A DNA stretch of 64,000 bases. It comes from Candidatus Zhuqueibacterota bacterium (lineage in GTDB: Bacteria > Zhuqueibacterota > Zhuqueibacteria > Residuimicrobiales > Krinioviventaceae). The notes beneath the pieces are model-generated. The model was not told the DNA's origin. It saw only the letters and a list, made by a program, of their open reading frames with translations, and searched no databases. The DNA lies in NCBI GenBank assembly GCA_016928775.1, contig JAFGKD010000043.1, forward strand, positions 1,834 through 65,833, written 5' to 3'. Below are positions 37,623 through 46,655 of the stretch, piece by piece. Numbering within the stretch: position 1 is the stretch's first letter; every line of letters begins with the position of its first letter. The translations under genes were made by a program, and so were the position numbers.

Positions 37623-38672
37623 TTGCCAAAAGGAGCGTTCATGTCATCCCTTTCGGACCACACCAACGTGCTCTCATCCCGTTTTGGGCGCGATGTTATT
37701 CAAAATATCGGTCGGGATATTGGCCGATTTTGTGTGACAACAATGGAGATTCCATGGCACCTCACCAAAGACAAGCTGGGCGCCACACCGCAGCACGTCT
37801 TTATCATCAATTCCATGGAACAAACCAGTCTTGATTCATTGGCTGACACATTGCCACCGTGCGAAACCATCGTGGGCATTGGTGGTGGCCAGGCGATTGA
37901 TGCGGCGAAATATCTTTCGTGGAAAAAAGGTTTGCGCCTCGTCACCATCCCCACGATCCTCAGCGTGGATGCGTTTGTCACCGAAGCCGCAGGGATTCGA
38001 CAAAATCATCAGGTCACCTATGTTGGCAAGGCGAGCCCGGATCCGCTGGTCATTGACTATGATATCATCCGTACCGCACCCAAAACACTCAACATCGCCG
38101 GGATCGGCGATGTGCTCTCCATCCATACGGCCTGTTTCGATTGGCACCTGGCGGAGCAACACAATCGCTCCGAGTATCCATATTCTCCTCAAGTTGCGCA
38201 TGATGCGCACGTCATCCTGTCAGATATGACCTCGGTCCTCGGAGACATTCGAGATGTGACCGACACCGGTCTTCGCGCCATTGTTGAGGCCTATATGAAA
38301 ATGAATACCATTGCTCTACCCGCAGGCCACTGGCGGTTCGAGGAGGGCTCGGAACATTTTGTTTTTTACGAACTGGAACAACGCCTCAAACGAGCATTTG
38401 TTCATGGCCATATCGTTGGATTGGGCATTTATCTAATGAGCCGTTTGCAGGACAATGCTTACGACCACGTCACGCACATAATGAATGACGCACAATTAGC
38501 CTATCATCCCAAAGACCTGGATATCTCTAAAAGCGTATTAGCCGCATCATTAAAAAATTGTCGTTTTTTTGTCGAACAGAAAAAGCTGTGGTTCTCGATC
38601 CTGAACGTCGAGGAGATCACTGACGAATGGCTAACCTGGGCATTCAGCGCGCTCACATGCAAGGATGAATAA
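37623..38672 (+). CDS. Fe-ADH/DHQS-superfamily dehydrogenase, glycerol-1-phosphate dehydrogenase (AraM/EgsA)-like
   Basis: IVGIGGGQAIDAAKYLS…LVTIPTILSVDAFVTEAAGIR nucleotide-binding region. 349 aa. Confidence 0.55.
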   Translation: MPKGAFMSSLSDHTNVLSSRFGRDVIQNIGRDIGRFCVTTMEIPWHLTKDKLGATPQHVFIINSMEQTSLDSLADTLPPCETIVGIGGGQAIDAAKYLSWKKGLRLVTIPTILSVDAFVTEAAGIRQNHQVTYVGKASPDPLVIDYDIIRTAPKTLNIAGIGDVLSIHTACFDWHLAEQHNRSEYPYSPQVAHDAHVILSDMTSVLGDIRDVTDTGLRAIVEAYMKMNTIALPAGHWRFEEGSEHFVFYELEQRLKRAFVHGHIVGLGIYLMSRLQDNAYDHVTHIMNDAQLAYHPKDLDISKSVLAASLKNCRFFVEQKKLWFSILNVEEITDEWLTWAFSALTCKDE

Positions 38673-38713
38673 GAATCACCATTGCGCTTGAACCTTTTTA
38701 TCATGTTTAAAAT

Positions 38714-39952
38714 ATGACACCACGTGACAGAATTCTCACCGCACTGAATCACCAGCAACCGGATTGTGTCCCGATAGATCTCGGCGGTCACCGTTCTTCG
38801 GGTATCATGGCCATTGCTTATAACAAGTTGAAAAAATATCTCGGTATCACGTCCGGTGATATTTATGTGTATGACATGGTCCAACAATTAGCACTCATTG
38901 AGGAACCAATTCCTGATTTGTTTGGCATCGATACGATTGAAATGGGACGCGGCTTTTTGCTGAATGAATCCGACTGGAAAGAATGGCTGCTGCCGGATGG
39001 TACACCCAGTAAAATTCCGTCGTACATCAGTCTAAAAAAACGGGGCGATGATTGGCTTTTATTGAATGACCGCGGTCTCGAACTTGGTGTCCAGAAAAAA
39101 GGCTGCCTCTATTTCGAGCAGATCTATTATCCTTTGGCTGAACGCGGTATAGCTGACGATGATTTTTGCGATCTCGAAGAGCGACTCGGCGAGAACATCT
39201 GGTCCATCCCGCATCCTGGAGCACATTTAGATATAAATGATGAAAATCAGTTGCAGCAAATGGTGGCCGGGGCGAAAAAGCTGCGCATGGCAACAGACCG
39301 CGCCATTATCGGCCTGTTCGGCGGCAATATGTTCGAGACGCCCCAGATGATGTATCGTACGGACAACTGGCTGCTCTATCACCTGATGTATCCACAACAG
39401 GCGCACGCTTTTTTAGAAAAACTGGCACATATTCATCTAAAAAATCTCGAAAAATGGCTCTCGGCGGTTGGCCGCTATATCGACATCATTTTGTTTGGTG
39501 ATGACCTCGGCAGTCAATCTGGTCCCCTTGTTTCTGTCGATATGTATCGTGAATTTTACAAACCATACCATAAAATGCTATGGAACCGTGCAAAGCAGTT
39601 AGCAGATGTTAAAGTATTATTGCATTCCTGCGGTGCCATCGAACCGTTTATTGATGACTTTATCGACGCCGGACTCGATGCGGTTAATCCTGTACAAATC
39701 AGTTGCAGCGGTATGGATGCCCGTTCTCTGAAAAAAAAATACGCCGGGAGGATCACCCTCTGGGGTGGCGGATGCGATACCCAATCCATTTTGCCGGATG
39801 CGTCGCCGGATGTCGTGAAAAAGCATGTCAAAAAGCAGATGAACATTTTGGCTCCTGGTGGCGATTTTGTCTTTCAGCAGGTGCACAACATCATGGCCAA
39901 TGTACCGCCGGAGAATATTGTGGCGATGCTTGAGGCGGTGGAGCAATATTGA
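38714..39952 (+). CDS. Uroporphyrinogen decarboxylase (URO-D)-family protein
   Basis: The N-terminus (MTPRDRILTALNHQQPDCVPIDLGG) and length (412 aa) are typical of the URO-D/MtaA-like family. Confidence 0.7.
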   Translation: MTPRDRILTALNHQQPDCVPIDLGGHRSSGIMAIAYNKLKKYLGITSGDIYVYDMVQQLALIEEPIPDLFGIDTIEMGRGFLLNESDWKEWLLPDGTPSKIPSYISLKKRGDDWLLLNDRGLELGVQKKGCLYFEQIYYPLAERGIADDDFCDLEERLGENIWSIPHPGAHLDINDENQLQQMVAGAKKLRMATDRAIIGLFGGNMFETPQMMYRTDNWLLYHLMYPQQAHAFLEKLAHIHLKNLEKWLSAVGRYIDIILFGDDLGSQSGPLVSVDMYREFYKPYHKMLWNRAKQLADVKVLLHSCGAIEPFIDDFIDAGLDAVNPVQISCSGMDARSLKKKYAGRITLWGGGCDTQSILPDASPDVVKKHVKKQMNILAPGGDFVFQQVHNIMANVPPENIVAMLEAVEQY

Positions 39953-39961
39953 GAGGATAAA

Positions 39962-40498
39962 ATGATAAATATCACTGCGATAATTTTACTCGTACTCATC
40001 TGTTGCGGGAGCATTTACGCTCAACACGAGCAGCAGACAGTAAAAACCGTTGAATTCGTCGATCTGGATCGTTATGCCGGACTCTGGTATGAAATCGCCA
40101 AAATACCAAATCGGTTTCAAAAAAGATGTGCCTCGGGCACAACAGCAGAGTACAAGCTGATAGATAACGGTTATGTCCAGGTTATAAATCGTTGTCGGGA
40201 AGCGAACGGCGATCAAGCCTCGATAAAAGGGCGGGCGCGCGTTGTCGATAGCAGAACCAACGCCAGGCTTCAGGTCAGTTTTGTGCGGTTTTTTGGCAAA
40301 AACTGGTTTTGGGGTGATTACTGGATCATCGGCCTCGACAAGAATTACCAATGGGCGGTGGTTGGCCATCCGGATCGCACTTACGGCTGGATTTTAAGCC
40401 GAACGCCCGAGATGGCCGAAAGCGACCTGCAAAGCTGCTATCAGATTCTGCGCGAGCAGGGTTATGATCCGCAGACATTTGTCGCCACGAAGCATTGA
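39962..40498 (+). CDS. blc: Bacterial lipocalin (Blc-like) lipoprotein
   Basis: FVDLDRYAGLWYEIAKIPNRFQKRC…YWIIGLDKNYQWAVVG…YGWILSRTP lipocalin motifs. Lipobox LICCGS. Confidence 0.75.
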   Translation: MINITAIILLVLICCGSIYAQHEQQTVKTVEFVDLDRYAGLWYEIAKIPNRFQKRCASGTTAEYKLIDNGYVQVINRCREANGDQASIKGRARVVDSRTNARLQVSFVRFFGKNWFWGDYWIIGLDKNYQWAVVGHPDRTYGWILSRTPEMAESDLQSCYQILREQGYDPQTFVATKH

Positions 40499-40530
40499 GT
40501 TTCGCTTTAGCTGGTCATTATATCGTCATT

Positions 40531-43500
40531 CTATTTGATCATCATCAGCTTGTCGACAGCAGAATAGTCGCCCGCTTTGAGCTGATAGAAATAAAGTCCG
40601 CTGGGGAGCACATTGCCATCTGAATCAACTCCATGCCAAGTTACGGTATGAATCCCGGCATCCATTTGTTCATTCACCAGCGTCGTGACTTTTTGTCCCA
40701 GGGTATTATAAACAAATAACTGCACATCGGCGTTCTGCGGGAGCGCATAGCGGATGATCGTATTGGTATTAAACGGATTGGGATAATTTTTGTACAAGAC
40801 GAACTCGCCCGGGATGGACTCTCCTGCTGTCTGGACTTTGCTATAAAGCGGCACAATCGATATATCGTCAATAAACCATCCGGGGCCGCTGTTCGCCGCA
40901 TCCGAGGTAAAACGAAATCGCAACAGCACATTTTCATTGCCGGGACCGGTAAATTCGTTGAGACTATACCGCGCCTCCTCAAAAGTACCAATCGCCCCGC
41001 TCACCGGCAGGTCAAGTTGTCTCCAGGTGGCGCCAGCATCGTTGCTCGCCTCGATATAGCCGACATCCCCGGGTTGAAAGGCGTACATCATCCAGAGAAC
41101 GAGGGTTGCTTGACTGACGTCGGACAAATTTATTCCTTTTTTCAGCGTTGCGGTCAGGTTGGCGTTGGGCGGATAATCACCGTTCGGGCTTTCGCTGAGA
41201 GAATAAACGCCCGAGCGTTTTCGAAAGTCATCCAGTCCCCAGCCGCCTTCCTGCGTCTCCCAATCATCCAAACCGGATTCAAAATCTTCGTAACTCAAAA
41301 TCATTTGATAGACCGGCGAGGCACCGCGGACCGGCGGATCTGTCTCATCGCTAATGACAAACTGATAATACAATGTATCTCCCAGGCTAAAATCTCCCTG
41401 AATCTCACCACCGAATCTGTTGTCGCCGAGCGGTAAAAGAAACACACTGTCGACAGCCGCGTTGGTCGTCCAGAACAACACTTTGGCGCTGGTTGTGTCC
41501 AGGGAGCTGATATGTGATACGCGCATGGAGATACAGGGCCGTCTGGTCAGACTCGCACGTTTTTCCAGAGCAGCATAAACGATCGGTGCGGCTTTTTTGA
41601 TTTCGAGCTGCTTTATTTTTATAGGCGAATAAAGTCCGGACTCGGCAACAGCTTGAACACCATATTCCAGCACTGAACCGTAGGCTGGTAACGGAATGGT
41701 TCCCTGATACAGTGTATCATCGACTGCTGTCATCGCAACGATTGTATAGTCAGACTGGTCGATTGTTCGCCAGTACAGATGGACGGCGACAGGTTTTTCC
41801 CCTGCAACAGTTGCATCCACAACAAAATCATCAACCTGATCCGCAACATACACCAAATCTTTCACCTCGAGCATAAAACCGGTAAAATAGCCCAGGATGC
41901 GCTGCATCACCGTTAGCCTGGCGCCTTCCTCGGCTATCGCTTCAAAACCACCAAAAGCAAAATGCACCACCTTGCCCAGGCGTTCACTGCGCACGGCAGC
42001 GATCTGGCCGTCGGGATAGGTGAAAACCGGCGTGCTGTTGCTCGTTTTATCAATTACGTCACGTGATTGTTCTTCGGCATTCCGTTTTGGCTCAAAAACC
42101 GGAAATTCGAGTCCTTTTCCAATCGGATCGGTGGAGACGCCAATAACTTTGCTATAACTCGAGGCATCATTCAGAAACTCGGCCTGCAAATAGTTTTCAT
42201 AAAAAATTTGCGATTTTCCGTTGGACTGGTTTCTCTGGTTATAGTAATTGCGGTTTTGCGCGTCCTCAGCGGATTGTGGAGCGGCCAAATCCCAGGCGAT
42301 ATTTTGACCCGCAATAAACAGGTTTTTGAAATATCTCAAATAGGATTGCAAATCATCACGGTCTGTTTCTTCCAACGTCGGAAACGCACTTTCGCAAGAC
42401 CAGATGACAATATCATAATTGCGCAGTCGGGAGCCGAGATGACCCTGGGTTGAGCGATCCCATATATCATACGGCATACCGAGTGAATCAAGAGCAGAAA
42501 AGTAATAGTCTTCAACATTCAATTGCCCGTCATCATCATCGACAAAAAGAACTCTGGACTCTATAGCCACCTGAAACTCGACGGTCTGTTGGCTGGCACC
42601 GTCGGCGCTCAGGTTCATTTGAAATTTTACATTGTGTGGAAAAGCGTTGTCACTGACTTTTATGGTAAAATATTGATTGACATTTTCGACGTAATTCTGC
42701 AGTGATGATATGCCCGGAATGGCGGCAAAGAACGCTGAATTCTTTAAAATTTTTATTGATGGATCATCTGAAGATATTGTTGCCGTCACATTTGTCGCGT
42801 CATTCCAGCGGTTGGTGATGCGCAGCAACAGATCGCATGTCTCTCCTATATTCATGCGTTGATCGCCGTTGCCATTGAGCAAATCTTCGACGTTAACCCT
42901 GGTGATGAGAAATTCCGGCTCAGACGCGAATGGGAGTTGTAACGCAGCACGCGCGTTCACGCGACCTCTTTTGCCAAGCGTACATTCATAACCGGCATTT
43001 ACCACGTCGACAGGATCAGCGGTATCGACGATATGCATCAAAATCTGCGCGGGCGACCAGTCGGGATGAGCTGCCTTGAGCAGGCCCGCGACACCCGCGA
43101 CAATTGGCGCGGCAAAAGAAGTTCCTGACGTTGAGCCATAGCGATTATTTCGTGATGTTGTATAAATGCTGCTCCCCGGTGCAGAGACCTTGACCCACGG
43201 GCCAAAGTTCGAAAAGCTGCATTTCCGGTCGCTGCTGTTGACGGCAGCGACCGATAAAATCCAGTCTTCACGTCCGGGCGAATGCGGAATGTCTGAATTA
43301 TCATTGCCCGCCGCCTTGACGATGAGAACACCGCGCGTGTATGCATAAAGAAACGCATCGCGTTCCGCATAATCATCCCATATGGAGCCAAAGCTGGCGT
43401 TTATTATATCGGCGCCATTATCGGCGGCATAATAGATGGCCTCAATCACTGATATCGTTGGCAAGTAGCCATTTCCATCTGAACCTTTATAGCCGGCGCG

Positions 43501-44256
43501 CAGCGGCATAATCTTGCACGACCAGCCTAATCCGGCAATGCCGATTGCATTATTCGCGCTCGCCGAGGCAAAGCCGGCGACATTTGTCCCGTGACCTTGA
43601 AAATCCATCGGATCATTGTCCGGATCTTTCGCATCCTCGCCGGGTGCTGCGTCGCTCACATTTCTGACAAAATCCCAACCACGAATATCATCAACGTACA
43701 GGTTGCCATCGTTATCAATGCCATCCAGAACTTCTTCTCTATTTCGCCAGATATTACCTGTTAAATCCTCATGAATATAATCCACTCCTGTATCGATGAT
43801 GGCGATGATCACATCCTCTGAGCCTTGCGAATAATCCCACGCCGCAAATGCCTCAATTTGTTCTAAATAATCCTGGCGCGACAGCAGTGGATCATTTGGC
43901 ACAGCCGATAGACGATGGAGATAATTGGGTTGGGCATATTCGATATCGTTTTCCGCACTCATTTTGGCGGCTAATTCCGCGACATCTGTCGCTTCAGAAA
44001 AATTGAGCAGGAAAAAATTGTCGCGCTCATCGGCGGGCGATGTGGCGGTTGTAAAAACGGGCTGCATGACCGAGACGCCATACTTTTGACTCACAGCGGC
44101 GAGGGCAGTAATTTTGCCCTGCGATGACATCCCGCTTGTGGGACGAAATTTCACAATTAATTGCCCTGGAATATAGTCTTTTTGATCGATGGCAAAACCA
44201 GCGACAGTCATAAAAAGAAGAAAAATAGAGATCATTCTCATATTCAGACTCAGCAT
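40531..44256 (-). CDS. Subtilisin-like serine protease (S8) with a lectin/MAM-like domain and a T9SS C-terminal sorting domain
   Basis: Catalytic triad regions IAIIDTGVDYIHEDL, HGTNVAGFA, GTSFAAPIVAGVAGLL. Lectin-like domain …GPGWFIDDISIV. CTD KNYPNPFNTNTIIRYAL…VQLFVYNTLGQKVTTL. Confidence 0.85.
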   Translation of the reverse strand: MLSLNMRMISIFLLFMTVAGFAIDQKDYIPGQLIVKFRPTSGMSSQGKITALAAVSQKYGVSVMQPVFTTATSPADERDNFFLLNFSEATDVAELAAKMSAENDIEYAQPNYLHRLSAVPNDPLLSRQDYLEQIEAFAAWDYSQGSEDVIIAIIDTGVDYIHEDLTGNIWRNREEVLDGIDNDGNLYVDDIRGWDFVRNVSDAAPGEDAKDPDNDPMDFQGHGTNVAGFASASANNAIGIAGLGWSCKIMPLRAGYKGSDGNGYLPTISVIEAIYYAADNGADIINASFGSIWDDYAERDAFLYAYTRGVLIVKAAGNDNSDIPHSPGREDWILSVAAVNSSDRKCSFSNFGPWVKVSAPGSSIYTTSRNNRYGSTSGTSFAAPIVAGVAGLLKAAHPDWSPAQILMHIVDTADPVDVVNAGYECTLGKRGRVNARAALQLPFASEPEFLITRVNVEDLLNGNGDQRMNIGETCDLLLRITNRWNDATNVTATISSDDPSIKILKNSAFFAAIPGISSLQNYVENVNQYFTIKVSDNAFPHNVKFQMNLSADGASQQTVEFQVAIESRVLFVDDDDGQLNVEDYYFSALDSLGMPYDIWDRSTQGHLGSRLRNYDIVIWSCESAFPTLEETDRDDLQSYLRYFKNLFIAGQNIAWDLAAPQSAEDAQNRNYYNQRNQSNGKSQIFYENYLQAEFLNDASSYSKVIGVSTDPIGKGLEFPVFEPKRNAEEQSRDVIDKTSNSTPVFTYPDGQIAAVRSERLGKVVHFAFGGFEAIAEEGARLTVMQRILGYFTGFMLEVKDLVYVADQVDDFVVDATVAGEKPVAVHLYWRTIDQSDYTIVAMTAVDDTLYQGTIPLPAYGSVLEYGVQAVAESGLYSPIKIKQLEIKKAAPIVYAALEKRASLTRRPCISMRVSHISSLDTTSAKVLFWTTNAAVDSVFLLPLGDNRFGGEIQGDFSLGDTLYYQFVISDETDPPVRGASPVYQMILSYEDFESGLDDWETQEGGWGLDDFRKRSGVYSLSESPNGDYPPNANLTATLKKGINLSDVSQATLVLWMMYAFQPGDVGYIEASNDAGATWRQLDLPVSGAIGTFEEARYSLNEFTGPGNENVLLRFRFTSDAANSGPGWFIDDISIVPLYSKVQTAGESIPGEFVLYKNYPNPFNTNTIIRYALPQNADVQLFVYNTLGQKVTTLVNEQMDAGIHTVTWHGVDSDGNVLPSGLYFYQLKAGDYSAVDKLMMIK

Positions 44257-44331
44257 TTATTTCTCCGTCGTCTATCTGATGAAACAGGGGCGTATACAAC
44301 GCGTTAACCTGCGGGGATAGCACTTGTTCCC

Positions 44332-44361
44332 AAAAAAAATGCCCTGCCGTGTATGACAGGG
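44332..44361 (-). terminator. Rho-independent terminator of ssrA
   Basis: On the minus strand, GCCCUG…CAGGGC hairpin followed by U8 (plus-strand A-tract 44332-44339), 9 nt after the tmRNA 3' end. Confidence 0.7.
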
Positions 44362-44369
44362 CGTACAAG

Positions 44370-44732
44370 TGGAGACGGCGGGAGTCGAACCCGCGTCCGG
44401 GAAACCGGCCATAGCAGCTTCTACATGTTTAGTTCAACGCTTGTTTCTCGATCACCTCTGGTGCAGCGAACAAACCTAAAGTGATCCAGTCTCGTAAAAT
44501 TTCATCACCTGTGCCGAGACCTCAAAGGTGACAATCCCACTGGAATCGACGCCCGTCTCTCCATTCAGCGGGCACAATCGAGAGCGGACGCTGGCTGTTT
44601 ATTAAGCAGCCAGAGCGTAGTTGTAATTGTCTGCAATTACTTTCGTTTCCCGGTTGATTTACGAGGTGACCGGGACCTCCTCGACATGCAGCCACTAACA
44701 CCACGTAACCCGTCGAAACCAATTTCGTCCCC
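44370..44732 (-). ncRNA. ssrA: tmRNA (ssrA), 363 nt, tag peptide (A)ADNYNYALAA
   Basis: The minus strand reads 5'-GGGGACGAAAUUGGUUUCGACGGG…, the canonical tmRNA 5' end, and ends …GGUUCGACUCCCGCCGUCUCCA-3' (T-arm GUUCGACUCC). The 5' GGGGACG pairs with the 3' CGUCUCC. Internal ORF GCA GAC AAU UAC AAC UAC GCU CUG GCU GCU UAA UAA encodes ADNYNYALAA**. Confidence 0.9.
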
Positions 44733-44963
44733 AGAGTCTCAAGGAACAAACGCAAATATACATTTTTACATCCGAAAGTCAAACACTTTATTCGCAGACA
44801 CGCTCTATATAAAACAAAACAGCTAGTATAAAGGTTCCAAATTTGCTGACCTGCATTATTCACAAACTGCTCACACAAAGCCACAAAAACACCAAGAAAC
44901 AAAAGGTTAGATGTATATGGTAAAAATGACAACGTTTTTTTGAAGCATTTTATATCGATTCAG

Positions 44964-45023
44964 CAAGTCCAATAAAAACAGTCGCTGTGTCTTATTGTCT
45001 TCGTGTGAACGAATTTTTCAGGC
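44964..45023. repeat. Copy A of a ~60-nt repeated intergenic element (partner at 59647-59706, ~80% identity)
   Basis: caagtccaataaaaacagtcgctgtgtcttattgtcttcgtgtgaacgaatttttcaggc versus caagtcaaataaaaacagtacttggggcattgtgtctttgtgtgaatggatttttcaggc. The 19-nt head matches 18/19 and the 27-nt tail matches 24/27. Confidence 0.6.
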
Positions 45024-45055
45024 TAAAAGATCAGTCCTGGGTATAAACGACGTGC

Positions 45056-46186
45056 TTAGTTCGACGTTTCTCTTTGGATTATTTTAGCGTTGGTGAACAG
45101 TCGATCAAGATAAATATCAACAGTATCAGTGTCCAGGGGCACCTGCAATTGTTGCGTGGTGTAAAAATAATCCGGGTGACTTACTTCGAGCGTATACTCA
45201 AACGGCGAATACAAATTAAACTGCGCACCAGCCAAATTGGTATAAATTGTCTGCGAGCTCACGACGTATTGCGGTGCTGTTCGCAGCGCATAATTGAGAA
45301 TATCAATATTCTGAAAATATTTCGAAAGCAACCGTAATCGCGATGGCGGATTTCCATCTATGGTCACTTTGGCATTCTGAATCGGGTATCGAGAGTCGGA
45401 GCCGAACACTCTGATGGTCACCGGCACTGTTTTGGAATTGATCTCCGCATTGACAAACGAGCTGATGGCCGGTCTCAGATCATACGTTTGATAACTATAC
45501 TGAAAGGTATGCCACACACCGTCATCACTTTGCATGGTAAACGTAATCGTGTTCAGATCGAGGGCCTCAACGGGTACTGTATAGGAATGTGGCGTAAAGC
45601 CGGTTTCTTCAAACGGGACAAAGGAAAAGAACGTAAAAGGTTCCGCCGGTTGCAGGACAACCCGAAATACACCATTCTTATCCGTTCGTTGTGATGCATA
45701 AGTGACCATCAAATTATTATTATCTTCAATGCTCACCAGCGCATCGTCAAACGCCCGCCAGCGGGACTCTCCATTCGCTTTTGTTCTCACTTTATTTATA
45801 AATGTGATCTCAATTTTATTCTGCGAGCGCATTTTTGATTCTTTTGCAATCTCGGTGCGAACCTCGGATCGGTTGTCCATAACGGGTGACAGACCGGCAC
45901 CCTGGGCCGCGCCGGCGCCGTTTGAAGACCCGGGTGAAGCACTCAATGCGGCACCTGGTTGTTGACCGACAGTAGATCCGCCCTGATTATTCGTCGGGGG
46001 CTGCTGCACTTGAGATGATGTGTTACTGGAAGCTGACTCTTCCCCCATCAGGCCACCGAGCAGATCTCCTTCCGGTTCGTCGTCGTACCAGCCCGAATAG
46101 TCCGTGCCTGTTCCGGCACACATGCAGAACATCAATGCCACTGCGATTATTGGATATAATTTTCTTTTGTTTTCAAAATGAAACAT
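45056..46186 (-). CDS. Hypothetical secreted/lipoprotein with a low-complexity Q/G/S/A-rich N-region
   Basis: The start was reassigned to ATG 46186 (MFHFENKRKLYPIIAVALMFCMCAG, AGGAGG RBS). No recognisable domain. Confidence 0.4.
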   Translation of the reverse strand: MFHFENKRKLYPIIAVALMFCMCAGTGTDYSGWYDDEPEGDLLGGLMGEESASSNTSSQVQQPPTNNQGGSTVGQQPGAALSASPGSSNGAGAAQGAGLSPVMDNRSEVRTEIAKESKMRSQNKIEITFINKVRTKANGESRWRAFDDALVSIEDNNNLMVTYASQRTDKNGVFRVVLQPAEPFTFFSFVPFEETGFTPHSYTVPVEALDLNTITFTMQSDDGVWHTFQYSYQTYDLRPAISSFVNAEINSKTVPVTIRVFGSDSRYPIQNAKVTIDGNPPSRLRLLSKYFQNIDILNYALRTAPQYVVSSQTIYTNLAGAQFNLYSPFEYTLEVSHPDYFYTTQQLQVPLDTDTVDIYLDRLFTNAKIIQRETSN

Positions 46187-46655
46187 TAGGAGCCCTCCTA
46201 TCATGCCCATTCATGTTGTAATTGATCATTAAACACCTATTTTTGATGTACTTGAACAACGATGTCAAGATCATCAGCCCCGTTCCACATTGTTTTATCT
46301 AACATAGGTGAAATTTTGCAAATCGCAGAAGGATTTCTTGCAACAGAATGGAGATGACCACGGCGCGGCCAAAGGCCACAACCACAATCGTCCGCGGATT
46401 ACCCGGCGCGGCCTGTGGCCGCAGCCAAATTACAAGCCACTGATGCACATGGATGAGCACGGATTTTTCGGTTTTGCTTCGAGAAAGCTTTGGGACTGGA
46501 GGCTAAAAAGGCTTAAAATGAATGATATTATCCGTGTTTCATCCGTGAACATTGTGGCTTGTAAACTTTGCTAAAAAAACACGATGTTGCAGATTTCCCG
46601 TCCGGCATGAATATGCCGAACGATCTGTTGAATTTTTGAAATGGACTACCTAGCC

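Noticed and set aside
44522-44932. 136-aa minus-strand ORF overlapping the tmRNA
   Set aside because: It lies entirely within the ssrA gene, whose RNA features are unambiguous. It is a spurious ORF.
46308-46574. 88-aa plus-strand ORF in the metY-downstream intergenic region
   Set aside because: No RBS, no recognisable fold, and a basic low-complexity composition. The region is more likely non-coding; see the GC-rich island finding.
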